NCBI GenBank assembly: GCA_029262515.1
Contig: JAJCZH010000023.1
Coordinates: 16,312-80,311 of the forward strand
DNA length: 64,000 bases
DNA from: Deltaproteobacteria bacterium
GTDB taxonomy: Bacteria; Desulfobacterota; GWC2-55-46; JADFVP01
Reading direction: 5' to 3'
A program made the translations under genes and the position numbers. A model generated the notes under the pieces. That model saw only the letters and a program-made list of their open reading frames with translations, made no database searches and was not told where the DNA came from. Positions 55,405 through 64,000 of the stretch are shown piece after piece; the stretch's first letter is position 1, and each line of letters opens with the position of its first letter.

Positions 55405-56472
55405 ATGCAGGCCCAAATCGACGACTTTCTTCAGTACCTGAGCATTGAGCGCAATGTCTCCGTGCATACGCGCCTCGCTTACAAGAGGGACCTGGCCCAA
55501 TTTCGTCTCTTTCTGTTGACCGAAAGCGGCCTGATTGCCGGGAACGAACAGGCCGGGACTCTTGGAGCCGGAGTTGAAGAAGAGGTTGGGTTATCTGTTG
55601 AGCCGTCTGTTGCGTCGTCTAAAGGTCTACCGGCTAAAGATATACCGGTTGACGGAATCGGTCTCGATTCCGTCAGGGCGTACGTATACGCCCTCTATGG
55701 AACGAACAAGAAGGTCACTGTTGCGAGAAAGCTCTCGGCAATACGCTCCTTCTTCCGTTTTCTTATAAAACGCGGCATTGTGCGTACAAACCCGGCGGAG
55801 TTGATCCCCACGCCGAAGGCAGGCTCTTATCTGCCCTCTATACTGAGCGCGGAAGAGGTCGGCGAGCTGATGGATGTGCCGAGATGTGTAGCTAGCAAAG
55901 ATGACAAGAGTAATAAAGAGTCGAAAAAAGGGGCCAAAACGAGTACAGCCGCGTTCAGAGACCTTGCGATGCTGGAGGTTTTATACTCCTCCGGCATACG
56001 GGTCAGCGAGCTGACCGGGCTCGACTATAAGGACCTCGATATAAACGAAGGTATAATAAGAGTCTTCGGAAAGGGCGGCAAGGAGCGCATCGCTTTTCTA
56101 GGCAAACTTGCCATCGAGTCGCTTGGGCACTATCTTAACAAGAAGGCATCGGACGTAACAGGCGTTACAATAGATGCCTCGCCGAACGGGCCGTTATTCA
56201 TAAACTCTAAAGGCGCGCGAATTAACGAGAGAACGGTACAGAGAGCGGTAAAGGCGTATACGGCCAAGAGCGGTATTAATAAGACCCCTACTCCGCATAC
56301 TCTCCGCCACAGTTTTGCAACGCACCTCTTGGACGCCGGTGTTGATCTGAGGACTATTCAGGAGATGCTCGGCCATGCCAAGCTTTCGACCACTCAAAGA
56401 TATACGCGGGTCGGCATAGATACGTTGATGGAGGCGTACGATAAAGCGCACCCCAAGGCGCGGTTAAAGTGA
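55405..56472 (+). CDS. xerC: tyrosine recombinase XerC/XerD family
   Basis: Catalytic R (GIRVSEL), K (KGGKER), HTLRHSFATH, LGH, and Y (TQRYT). It sits upstream of hslVU in a conserved synteny. Confidence 0.85.
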   Translation: MQAQIDDFLQYLSIERNVSVHTRLAYKRDLAQFRLFLLTESGLIAGNEQAGTLGAGVEEEVGLSVEPSVASSKGLPAKDIPVDGIGLDSVRAYVYALYGTNKKVTVARKLSAIRSFFRFLIKRGIVRTNPAELIPTPKAGSYLPSILSAEEVGELMDVPRCVASKDDKSNKESKKGAKTSTAAFRDLAMLEVLYSSGIRVSELTGLDYKDLDINEGIIRVFGKGGKERIAFLGKLAIESLGHYLNKKASDVTGVTIDASPNGPLFINSKGARINERTVQRAVKAYTAKSGINKTPTPHTLRHSFATHLLDAGVDLRTIQEMLGHAKLSTTQRYTRVGIDTLMEAYDKAHPKARLK

Positions 56473-56542
56473 ACTGGCCATCCGGGCATTATTTTTTGGG
56501 GGGGGAGAGACTGTGTTGAACTCCACGAAGGGTAGGCAATGA

Positions 56543-56806
56543 ATGAATACTTTGAAGGTGGGTAAAGCCAACCCTGCAAGGCAGGTAACCTTTTTAGTAA
56601 GCATATTATTACTCTTATCATGTTCAATTGCACTTGCTGAGCCTCCTCGGATTGATATAGGTAAGATAGTTTTTTCTAACGGAAGAGTGCTCAAATATAA
56701 AACAGATGAAAATTTGCGTGTTGGCTCGGATAAAACCACTCGTAATGTAGAGCTAGTTACAGAAGAGCCGATTATAATCGATTCATGGAAGCGCTTAGCC
56801 GGGTAG
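56543..56806 (+). CDS. possible small lipoprotein (low-GC ORF)
   Basis: Signal peptide with lipobox LLSC and a weak SD. GC is clearly lower than in the neighbours. Coding status is uncertain. Confidence 0.35.
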   Translation: MNTLKVGKANPARQVTFLVSILLLLSCSIALAEPPRIDIGKIVFSNGRVLKYKTDENLRVGSDKTTRNVELVTEEPIIIDSWKRLAG

Positions 56807-56963
56807 GTTGGGTTAGCGAAGCGTAACCCAACAAAAAAAGTTATTGTCACCCTGAACTCGATTCAGGGTCTGGTTGTAATTGCAAAAATACTTGTATGTA
56901 TTTAGATGCTGAATCAAGTTCAGCATGACACGAAAATAGCCATGTAGGGTGGGCACTGCCACC
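56807..56963. repeat. array of four different short palindromic (REP-like) hairpins
   Basis: GTTGGGTTA-8-TAACCCAAC (56807-56832), ACCCTGAA-5-TTCAGGGT (56849-56869), ATGCTGAA-5-TTCAGCAT (56906-56926), GGTGG-6-CCACC (56948-56963). Confidence 0.7.
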
Positions 56964-56990
56964 TTATAAAATAGTTAATGAGGAGAATTT

Positions 56991-57554
56991 TTGAAAGTGT
57001 ACAAAGCCAACAGGGCCGGGATTCGTAGTACCACCATAGTTGCGGTCAGGCGCGACGGGCGCGTGGCAATCGCCGGAGACGGGCAGGTCTCTTTGGGGCC
57101 GACCGTAATGAAAAGCGGCGCGGTGAAGATACGCAGAGTCAAGGGGCGTGATATCGTCGCCGGTTTTGCCGGCTCCACCGCAGACGCGCTAACGCTCTTC
57201 GACAAGTTCGAGGCAAAGGTAGAAGAGTTCAGAGGCAACCTGCCGCGTGCCTCTGTAGAACTCGCCAAAGAGTGGCGAACCGACAGAATGCTCCGTAAGC
57301 TTGAGGCGCTTATGATAGTAGCGGATATCGACCACGTCTTTATCGTCTCCGGCTCAGGTGACGTCATAGAGCCCGAAGACGGCATAGCCGCAGTAGGCTC
57401 CGGAGGCTCTTACGCCACTGCCGCCGCGCGTGTTCTCGTTAAGCATACGGAACTCGACGCGCGCCAAATAGTAGAGGAGTCTTTGCGTGCCGCCGCCGAG
57501 ATCTGCGTTTATACGAACGACTCTATTTCGATAGAAGAGATAACGCCTGTATAA
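56991..57554 (+). CDS. hslV: ATP-dependent protease subunit HslV
   Basis: N-terminal ...[10 protein letters not shown] and GSGG. The TTG start lies 5 nt after AGGAG. Confidence 0.9.
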   Translation: MKVYKANRAGIRSTTIVAVRRDGRVAIAGDGQVSLGPTVMKSGAVKIRRVKGRDIVAGFAGSTADALTLFDKFEAKVEEFRGNLPRASVELAKEWRTDRMLRKLEALMIVADIDHVFIVSGSGDVIEPEDGIAAVGSGGSYATAAARVLVKHTELDARQIVEESLRAAAEICVYTNDSISIEEITPV

Positions 57555-57587
57555 AAACGAGAGTAAGCTTAAGAGGTTATTATTACT

Positions 57588-58949
57588 ATGAAGAACTTTA
57601 CGCCGAGAGAGATCGTCTCGGAACTCGACAAGTATATTATCGGCCAATCGGAAGCGAAACGCGCCGTTGCAATTGCGCTTCGTAACAGGTGGCGCCGCCA
57701 GCAGGTGCGCGCCGAGCTCAGAGACGAGATATCGCCGAAGAACATAATCATGATCGGCCCTACAGGGGTCGGCAAGACCGAGATTTCGCGCCGTCTGGCA
57801 AAGCTTGCCGAAGCCCCGTTCATAAAGGTCGAAGCGAGCAAGTTTACCGAGGTCGGTTACGTCGGCAGGGACGTCGAGTCTATTATCAGGGACCTGACCG
57901 AGCTTGCGATAAAGATGGTCAAGGACGAAGAGGCCGTAAGGCTTCGCGTAAAGGCCCGCGAGTCGGCCGAAGAGCGGTTACTCGATCAGCTTCTGCCCCC
58001 GGCGACTTCTTCACCTTTGCAGACGCAGCCACCTGACGAAAAGCGAATTGAAGGCGAGCGCGAGCTTCAGTCGAAAACGCGGGACAAGCTTCGCAAGCTC
58101 TTCAGGGACGGCAAGCTCGACGACAGGAGCGTCGAAGTTGACGTGGTCGAGCAGAAGGGTTCGGTTGATGTGATGTTCGCGGCTCCGGGCATGGAGGATA
58201 TGGATTCCGGTATCAAGGACATGTTCTCCAATATCTTTCCGAAGAAGAGCAAGAAGCGCAAGGTAAAGGTGCCAGAGGCGTACGAGCTGCTGGTTGCCGA
58301 AGAGGCGCAGCGGTTGATCGACATGGATAGCGTCGTAAAGTCGGCCATAGAGCGCGTAGAGCAGTCTGGCATAGTCTTTATCGACGAGATAGACAAGATA
58401 GCCGGCAAGCAGTCGGCGCAGGGCGCGGACGTGTCGCGCGAAGGTGTGCAGCGCGACCTTCTGCCGATAGTAGAGGGCTCGACTATAAAGACGAAGTACG
58501 GCATGGTCAAGACCGACCATATTCTTTTTATCGCCTCCGGCGCTTTTCATGTCGCAAAACCGTCTGATCTTATCCCTGAGTTTCAGGGCAGGTTCCCTAT
58601 CCGGGTAGAACTCACCTCACTCTGTAAAGAGGATTTTGTTCGAATATTGACTGAGCCGAAGAATGCGCTTCTAAAGCAGTATAAAGAGCTGCTTGAAACC
58701 GAGGGTATTGATGTAAAGTACTCTGACGATGCGGTAGAGGAGATAGCCTCCATAGCAACGACGGTGAACGACAAGATGGAGAATATCGGTGCGCGCAGGC
58801 TCCACACGGTTATGGAGAGGGTCTTTGACGAGATCTCTTTCGACGCCCCGGACAGGGCGGATAAAGAGGTCGTTATAGATCGCGAGTACGTGACTTCGAG
58901 GCTGAACGAGATTCTCGATGACGAGGATCTGTCGAGGTATATTCTATAA
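57588..58949 (+). CDS. hslU: ATP-dependent protease ATPase subunit HslU
   Basis: Walker [11 protein letters not shown], Walker [10 protein letters not shown], and an I-domain insertion. Confidence 0.95.
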   Translation: MKNFTPREIVSELDKYIIGQSEAKRAVAIALRNRWRRQQVRAELRDEISPKNIIMIGPTGVGKTEISRRLAKLAEAPFIKVEASKFTEVGYVGRDVESIIRDLTELAIKMVKDEEAVRLRVKARESAEERLLDQLLPPATSSPLQTQPPDEKRIEGERELQSKTRDKLRKLFRDGKLDDRSVEVDVVEQKGSVDVMFAAPGMEDMDSGIKDMFSNIFPKKSKKRKVKVPEAYELLVAEEAQRLIDMDSVVKSAIERVEQSGIVFIDEIDKIAGKQSAQGADVSREGVQRDLLPIVEGSTIKTKYGMVKTDHILFIASGAFHVAKPSDLIPEFQGRFPIRVELTSLCKEDFVRILTEPKNALLKQYKELLETEGIDVKYSDDAVEEIASIATTVNDKMENIGARRLHTVMERVFDEISFDAPDRADKEVVIDREYVTSRLNEILDDEDLSRYIL

Positions 58950-59038
58950 TTTGCATAGACTTGCTGGCAGGAAGAGTAGAGCAGGTTCTTCTGAAGGCTG
59001 GTGCCGGCATGGTAGCCGGAAGGATAGAAAGACAATAG

Positions 59039-59896
59039 ATGAAGAAAGAAATAGAGAAGATAAAACTGCTCTTTGAGTCGCTGCCGTACATACGCAAGTT
59101 CAGCGGCAAGACCGTCGTCATCAAGTACGGCGGCAACGCGATGGTCGAGACCGAGTTAAAGAAGAGTTTTGCGCGCGATGTCGTTCTCATGAAGTCGGTC
59201 GGGCTCAACCCAGTGGTAGTTCACGGCGGCGGGCCGCAGATAGGCAGTATGCTTGAGAGACTCGGAAAGAAGAGCGAGTTCGTAGAGGGCATTCGCGTGA
59301 CCGATGACGAGACCATGGATGTGGTTGAAATGGTGCTCGTCGGAGGCGTTAATAAAGAGATAGTCGGCCTGATAAACCACTACGGAGGCAATGCCGTAGG
59401 CCTTGCCGGCAAGGACGGCGGCCTGATTAAGGCCTCTCCGATGAAGAAGCGCGGAAAGAAGATGGGCTCTGCCGGTATAATCGACTCGGTCGATCCGTCG
59501 GTGATTAAACTGCTCGATTCGAGCGACTTCATACCGGTTATCGCCCCTGTAGGCGCAGGTGCGGGCGGCAGGAGCCTAAATATAAATGCTGACACTGTCG
59601 CCGGTCGCGTAGCGGCTTCACTCGGTGCCGAGAAGCTTATACTCTTGACCGATGTCGAGGGCGTGCTCGATAAGAAGAAAAAACTGCTTTCAACTCTTAC
59701 ACTGACCCAGGCAAAGAGAGTTATAAGCTCCGGTGTCGCAAAAGGCGGCATGATACCGAAACTTAAGTGCTGCATAGAGGCTGTAACCGATGGAGTCGGG
59801 GCTGCCCATATAATAGACGGCAGGGTGGAGCACGCGGTGTTATTGGAGGTCTTTACGGATAAAGGAATCGGCACGGCGATAGGGCTCAAGAAGTAA
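59039..59896 (+). CDS. argB: acetylglutamate kinase
   Basis: [23 protein letters not shown]. Confidence 0.95.
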   Translation: MKKEIEKIKLLFESLPYIRKFSGKTVVIKYGGNAMVETELKKSFARDVVLMKSVGLNPVVVHGGGPQIGSMLERLGKKSEFVEGIRVTDDETMDVVEMVLVGGVNKEIVGLINHYGGNAVGLAGKDGGLIKASPMKKRGKKMGSAGIIDSVDPSVIKLLDSSDFIPVIAPVGAGAGGRSLNINADTVAGRVAASLGAEKLILLTDVEGVLDKKKKLLSTLTLTQAKRVISSGVAKGGMIPKLKCCIEAVTDGVGAAHIIDGRVEHAVLLEVFTDKGIGTAIGLKK

Positions 59897-59953
59897 CAAC
59901 TTACCTTTTATAGAAGTGTAATGTAGAGGGTGTAATCTGTTACGGAGGGACTT

Positions 59954-60916
59954 ATGACAGAAAACGGATATAGTTTGCGTCGGTTTGACCTGCGCCAGTT
60001 ACTTAGAACAAAAAACGTAGCTTTTTTGTCCGTGCTCTTTACGGTTTTTATGCTTCTTCCGTCAGTTGTAAACGCAATGGGCGCGAAACAGAAGGTAGGA
60101 TCTGTTATTACCGGTCATACTGTTATCGACGGTTTCTCATCACCCGAGAGCGTGACCTCCGACGGACACAGGTTCTATGTCTCAAATGTGGGGGTGGAAC
60201 TGAAACCGAGCGAGAAGGACGGTGACGGTTTTATCTCTTTGCTCTCTGCCGGCGGCAAGGTTCTTGAGAGAAAGTTTATCTCCGGGTTAAACGCGCCGAA
60301 GGGCATGGTTATCGCAGGTGGTGTTCTCTATGTAGCGGATGTGGATAGAGTTCTCGGTTTCGACCTGAAGACGAGAAAGCGGGTCTTTGACCTCGATTTT
60401 TCTCATGAAGGAACCGCCTACTTAAACGATATTACGGTAGTCGACGATACCACGTTGCTGGTCTCGGCAACCGATATCGGCAATATATATGCGGTTACAT
60501 TAGGGGCAGGTAAAAGGTATACCCCGGTTGCCAAGGGTATAACAGGGGTAAACGGGCTGGTTTATGATACGGCAAACGAAAGGCTGCTGCTCGTAAATTT
60601 TGTCGAAGGAAAGGGAGCCTTGGGTTTTATACCATTTGCCGGCGTTCCGGGAGACCTGCAGAACCTCAGCGGCCCGGTCGGCCTGCTCGACGGTCTGGCA
60701 CTTTTGCCTGACGGACGCGTGCTCTTTTCTGACTGGGTCAAGTTTGGCAGCCCCGGCAGGCTCAACATTTTTGATGTTGAGTCCGGCAAGATGACGTTCC
60801 TCAAGCTTAAAGAGGATGCAATAGGCCCGGCCGATTTTTTTTACGACAAGGGTACGAATAAGTTGTGGCTGCCGCGCATGGTCGAAGGAAAAGTTATGGT
60901 TCAGGAGTTGAAGTAG
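59954..60916 (+). CDS. secreted beta-propeller-like protein (SMP-30/NHL-like repeats), unknown function
   Basis: Signal/TM segment followed by repeated ...G.V.D....LYV.D... strands. Confidence 0.55.
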   Translation: MTENGYSLRRFDLRQLLRTKNVAFLSVLFTVFMLLPSVVNAMGAKQKVGSVITGHTVIDGFSSPESVTSDGHRFYVSNVGVELKPSEKDGDGFISLLSAGGKVLERKFISGLNAPKGMVIAGGVLYVADVDRVLGFDLKTRKRVFDLDFSHEGTAYLNDITVVDDTTLLVSATDIGNIYAVTLGAGKRYTPVAKGITGVNGLVYDTANERLLLVNFVEGKGALGFIPFAGVPGDLQNLSGPVGLLDGLALLPDGRVLFSDWVKFGSPGRLNIFDVESGKMTFLKLKEDAIGPADFFYDKGTNKLWLPRMVEGKVMVQELK

Positions 60917-60939
60917 GACTTTAAGAGGTTTTTTTCAAG

Positions 60940-62136
60940 ATGGATAATTCAGAGATTATAACACTTACGCAAACCCATGTGGCGAATACGTACGCCCGTT
61001 TTCCGATTGCTATCGTCAGGGGGGCTGGCACGCGGGTATGGGACGCGAATGGAAAAGAGTACCTCGATTTCGTCTCCGGCCTTGCGGTCTGTAATCCGGG
61101 CCACTGCCACCCGAAGGTGGTTGAGGCGATAAAGAACCAGGCGGAGAGGCTGCTTCACGTATCGAACCTCTACCACATCGGGCCGCAGGCAGAGCTTGCT
61201 GCTCTTCTTTGCGCCAACTCGTTCGCCGACAGGGCTTTTTTCTGCAACTCCGGGGCCGAGGCGAATGAGGCGGCGATAAAACTTGCGCGCAAGTACTTCA
61301 GCTCGCGCGGCGTTGACCGCTTTCAGGTCATCACAATGAAGAAGTCCTTTCACGGCAGAACCTTCGCCACCTTAGCGGCTACAGGACAGAAGAAGGTGCA
61401 GGTCGGTTTCGAGCCTTTGTTGGAAACATTCACTTATGTGCCGTTTAACGATCTCGTTGCGATCAAAGAGGCGATTACTGAGAAGACCGCAGCAGTTTTG
61501 ACCGAACCGATCCAGGGTGAGGGCGGGGTTAATCTGCCGGACGATGACTACCTGAAGGGGTTACGCAAGATCTGCAATGACGCCGGCGTGCTTCTTATCT
61601 TCGATGAAGTGCAGGTAGGGGTCGGGCGCACCGGCAGACTCTTCGCTTATGAGAATTACGGCGTGGAGCCAGACATTATGACGCTCGCAAAGGGCCTCGG
61701 CGGCGGCATGGCAATAGGCGCCATGCTGGCGAAAGAGTCGGTTGCCGAGGCCTTTGGGCCAGGGTCGCATGCGACTACTTTCGGCGGTAACCCGCTTGCG
61801 AGCGCGGCTGCAAAAGCGGCGGTGGAGGTCGTTATAGAGGAGGGCATGCTGGAGAACTGTCGAACGGTTTCAAGCTACCTTATCGACAGGCTCGGCAGTT
61901 TAAGGGATAAGTACTCTTTTATTAAAGAGGTGCGGGGCAAGGGGCTGATAATCGGTATGGCTATGGATCTGCCTGCTCTGCCGATTGTAAACGGCTGCAT
62001 GGAAAGAGGCCTGCTTCTTATAGGCGCCGGCGAATTCGTATTGCGTTTTCTGCCCGCGCTCATAGTGACGAAAGCGGAAGTGGATGAGATGATGGAGATA
62101 CTGACCTCTGTGCTGGACGGGATGAGTGTAGATTAA
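60940..62136 (+). CDS. argD: acetylornithine aminotransferase
   Basis: Class III aminotransferase (SGAEANE, DEVQ.G.GRTG, TLAKGLGGG). Confidence 0.9.
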   Translation: MDNSEIITLTQTHVANTYARFPIAIVRGAGTRVWDANGKEYLDFVSGLAVCNPGHCHPKVVEAIKNQAERLLHVSNLYHIGPQAELAALLCANSFADRAFFCNSGAEANEAAIKLARKYFSSRGVDRFQVITMKKSFHGRTFATLAATGQKKVQVGFEPLLETFTYVPFNDLVAIKEAITEKTAAVLTEPIQGEGGVNLPDDDYLKGLRKICNDAGVLLIFDEVQVGVGRTGRLFAYENYGVEPDIMTLAKGLGGGMAIGAMLAKESVAEAFGPGSHATTFGGNPLASAAAKAAVEVVIEEGMLENCRTVSSYLIDRLGSLRDKYSFIKEVRGKGLIIGMAMDLPALPIVNGCMERGLLLIGAGEFVLRFLPALIVTKAEVDEMMEILTSVLDGMSVD

Positions 62137-62161
62137 GGGCCTTTTGGGTTACTGGTAAAGT

Positions 62162-62599
62162 ATGTCGAGTGTTGAGTTTGATGAAATCGCTTCTGTCGTG
62201 CGCCGGACTATCTGGGAGACGCTTCACCCGCGCGTTGCCGAGTTAGCGCGGAGCCGTTTCGAGAGTCGCCATTACGCAGACGCCGTTGAGGCTGTGCTGA
62301 AAGAGCTAAACAGCGGCATAAAGACGGTCGTGCTGGAGAAGACGGGCGAAGAGCTCGACGGCGCCAAGCTGATGAACAGGGCCTTTTCGGTAAACGAGCC
62401 TATCTTCAAACTCGGAGACCTCGATACCGGGACCGGCAAGAACATACAGCAGGGTTATATGCAGATATTTTCCGGTACGATGACAGGTATACGTAACCCC
62501 AAGGCCCACGATAATATAGTGATCAGCGAAGTAGAGGGTCTGCATCTTCTCTACCTGGCCAGCCTTCTGATGTTTAAGATAGATAAGAGCGAGTATTGA
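62162..62599 (+). CDS. TIGR02391 (Hypoth_Ymh) family protein
   Basis: LHPRV...F..RHYADAV.EA.KEL...LDGAKLMNRAF...GIRNPKAH...LLYLASLLMFKID matches my memory of the family signature. Confidence 0.7.
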   Translation: MSSVEFDEIASVVRRTIWETLHPRVAELARSRFESRHYADAVEAVLKELNSGIKTVVLEKTGEELDGAKLMNRAFSVNEPIFKLGDLDTGTGKNIQQGYMQIFSGTMTGIRNPKAHDNIVISEVEGLHLLYLASLLMFKIDKSEY

Positions 62600-62600
62600 G

Positions 62601-63506
62601 ATGAACCTGCTAAAAGTAGCCGACCTTACGAAAGACGATATCGTTGCCCTTGTAGAACGGGCCGCAAGGCTAAAAGGCCTGCATAAGAAGGGCGTGCCGC
62701 AGAGCTCACTTCTGGGACGCGTGCTCGGGCTGATCTTTGAAAAGTCGTCTACGCGCACGCGCGTCTCCTTCGAGACCGCAATGTACCAGCTCGGGGGCAA
62801 CGCTATCTTTATCAGCGGTCGCGACTCTCAGGTCGGTAGAGGCGAGCCTATTAGAGATACCGCGCGCGTAATGGCGCGTTATGTGGACGCCCTTGTCGTT
62901 AGGACCTTTGGCCACGATATCGTCGAGGAGTATGCGTTGTACTCGGATGTTCCGGTGATAAACGGCCTTACAGACCTGCATCACCCGTGCCAGGTCCTCT
63001 CCGACATCTTGACGGTAATAGAGCGCAGGGGAACGGTAGAAGGCCTCAAGGTCGCATGGGTTGGTGACGGTAACAATATGGCTAACTCGTGGATAGAGGC
63101 TGCGGCAGTGCTCGGTTTCGATCTCAAGCTTGCCTGTCCGAAAGGGTATCTGCCTGATGCCGCTTTCTTGGCTAACGCATGCGTTGGTACAAAAGCCAAG
63201 ATAGAGGTTGTTGGCAGTGTTGAGGAGGCCGCAGAGGGCGCCGACGTGCTAAATACCGATGTGTGGGCCTCTATGGGACAGGAGTCTGAGAGTGAGAACA
63301 GGATTTTGGCGTTTGAGAATTTCCAGATAAACTCCGCAGTCCTCTCGCTAGCCAAGAAGGATGCGATGGTAATGCACTGCCTGCCGGCGCACCGGGGCGA
63401 AGAGATCACGGAAGATGTTCTCGAGGGTCCTAATTCGGTTGTATGGGATCAGGCCGAGAACAGGCTCCATATGCAGAAGGCGATACTCGAAACGCTCTTA
63501 ACCTGA
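62601..63506 (+). CDS. argF: ornithine carbamoyltransferase
   Basis: SSTRTR, HPCQ, HCLPAHRGEE. Confidence 0.95.
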   Translation: MNLLKVADLTKDDIVALVERAARLKGLHKKGVPQSSLLGRVLGLIFEKSSTRTRVSFETAMYQLGGNAIFISGRDSQVGRGEPIRDTARVMARYVDALVVRTFGHDIVEEYALYSDVPVINGLTDLHHPCQVLSDILTVIERRGTVEGLKVAWVGDGNNMANSWIEAAAVLGFDLKLACPKGYLPDAAFLANACVGTKAKIEVVGSVEEAAEGADVLNTDVWASMGQESESENRILAFENFQINSAVLSLAKKDAMVMHCLPAHRGEEITEDVLEGPNSVVWDQAENRLHMQKAILETLLT

Positions 63507-63684
63507 ACCGGGGTTTATCTCGACCAAGGGTATTCTTATCTGTTCGGTGAAGCGTTGAAGTATATATATGAGGTTTTAAATAGTACTGGGCAGCATAAAA
63601 AGGATTATCCGGGCTCGGTATCCGTGAGACGGAACGGGCTGTTTCTTAAAAAGAGAGAGAATTTTTTATAAGGAGATCTAGAAG

Positions 63685-64000
63685 ATGGGCAACAAGGTAA
63701 AACGGACCGTACTGGCGTACTCCGGCGGGCTAGATACATCGGTTATAATTGAGTGGCTAAAAGAGACGTACGGCTCAGAGGTGATCGCTTTTGTCGCGGA
63801 CGTAGGACAGGGCACCGAGATTAATGGCCTCAAGGAGAAGGCCCTTAAGAGCGGAGCGAAGAGTATCCATATACTCGACCTCAAAGAGGAGTTCGTCAAG
63901 GACTTCGTCTTTCCGATGCTCCGCTGCGGCGCAGTATACGAGGGCTCTTACATGTTAGGCACCTCGATCGCAAGACCCCTTATAGCTAAAGCGCAGATGG
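63685..64000 (+). CDS. argG: argininosuccinate synthase (5' part; continues beyond the window)
   Basis: AGGAG lies 9 nt upstream of the ATG. The translation is [43 protein letters not shown]. It is absent from the ORF track because no stop codon falls within the window. Confidence 0.9.
   Translation, partial: MGNKVKRTVLAYSGGLDTSVIIEWLKETYGSEVIAFVADVGQGTEINGLKEKALKSGAKSIHILDLKEEFVKDFVFPMLRCGAVYEGSYMLGTSIARPLIAKAQM

Noticed and set aside
55405-56472. The tyrosine recombinase, considered as a phage integrase or mobile-element marker.
   Set aside because: The catalytic pattern and the position directly upstream of hslVU fit chromosomal XerC. There are no att-like repeats, phage genes or flanking tRNA.
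56464-56850. A 128-codon minus-strand ORF spanning the xerC-hslV spacer.
   Set aside because: Its N-terminal part is just a translation of the REP-like palindromes (VGLRFANPTY...), a well-known artefact. It runs antisense to the lipoprotein-like ORF.
1-64000. A search for selenoprotein genes (an in-frame TGA joining two adjacent ORFs), prompted by the presence of tRNA-Sec.
   Set aside because: Every recognisable gene in the window appears full-length without read-through of a TGA, and none of the unexplained gaps continues a neighbouring frame. No candidate was found by eye, although a dedicated SECIS scan could still disagree.

Overview
This is a 64-kb chromosomal window from a diderm (LPS-making) bacterium, roughly 50% GC by eye. 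A multihaem cytochrome, tRNA-Sec and a MetV-like protein suggest an anaerobic Deltaproteobacteria/Thermodesulfobacteriota-like lineage, but that is inference only. There are about 65 protein genes, and most are core. The left part holds acs, hisS, engB, rlmD-like, greA, rpsU and an alpha carbonic anhydrase. The centre (16.7-32.6 kb, minus strand) is one large outer-membrane biogenesis supercluster: lpxL-lpxK-waaA-DUF374-msbA-lpxB-(Gfo/Idh/MocA)-lpxA-fabZ-lpxD-skp-bamA-lolD-lolC. It is followed by lysS, ald, an HDAC/AcuC-like gene, a MetV-like gene, folD, a Kef-type antiporter, dgt, queC and hpt. The right part holds lepA, lepB, xerC, hslVU and an argB-argD-argF-argG cluster. The only RNA gene I can support is tRNA-Sec (selC). 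I see no rRNA, CRISPR, transposase or prophage. The observations most worth follow-up: (1) the DUF374 gene inside the Kdo/lipid A operon is split by a frameshift in an A10 run; (2) two tandem GT-C/YfhO-like giant membrane proteins sit with a small zinc-ribbon protein; (3) an orphan AmmeMemoRadiSam radical-SAM enzyme sits in a four-gene operon with BCAM0308-like, MTH1187 and S2P-CBS protease genes; (4) a GnnA-like oxidoreductase is wedged between lpxA and lpxB; (5) BamA carries an extra N-terminal domain; (6) a promoter-to-terminator small unit (sRNA or 76-codon ORF) lies next to selC; (7) two non-arginine genes (TIGR02391 and a secreted beta-propeller) are embedded in the arg operon; (8) a REP-like hairpin array and a low-GC ORF interrupt xerC-hslVU. 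All functional calls come from motif-level reading of the translations. No database search was run.
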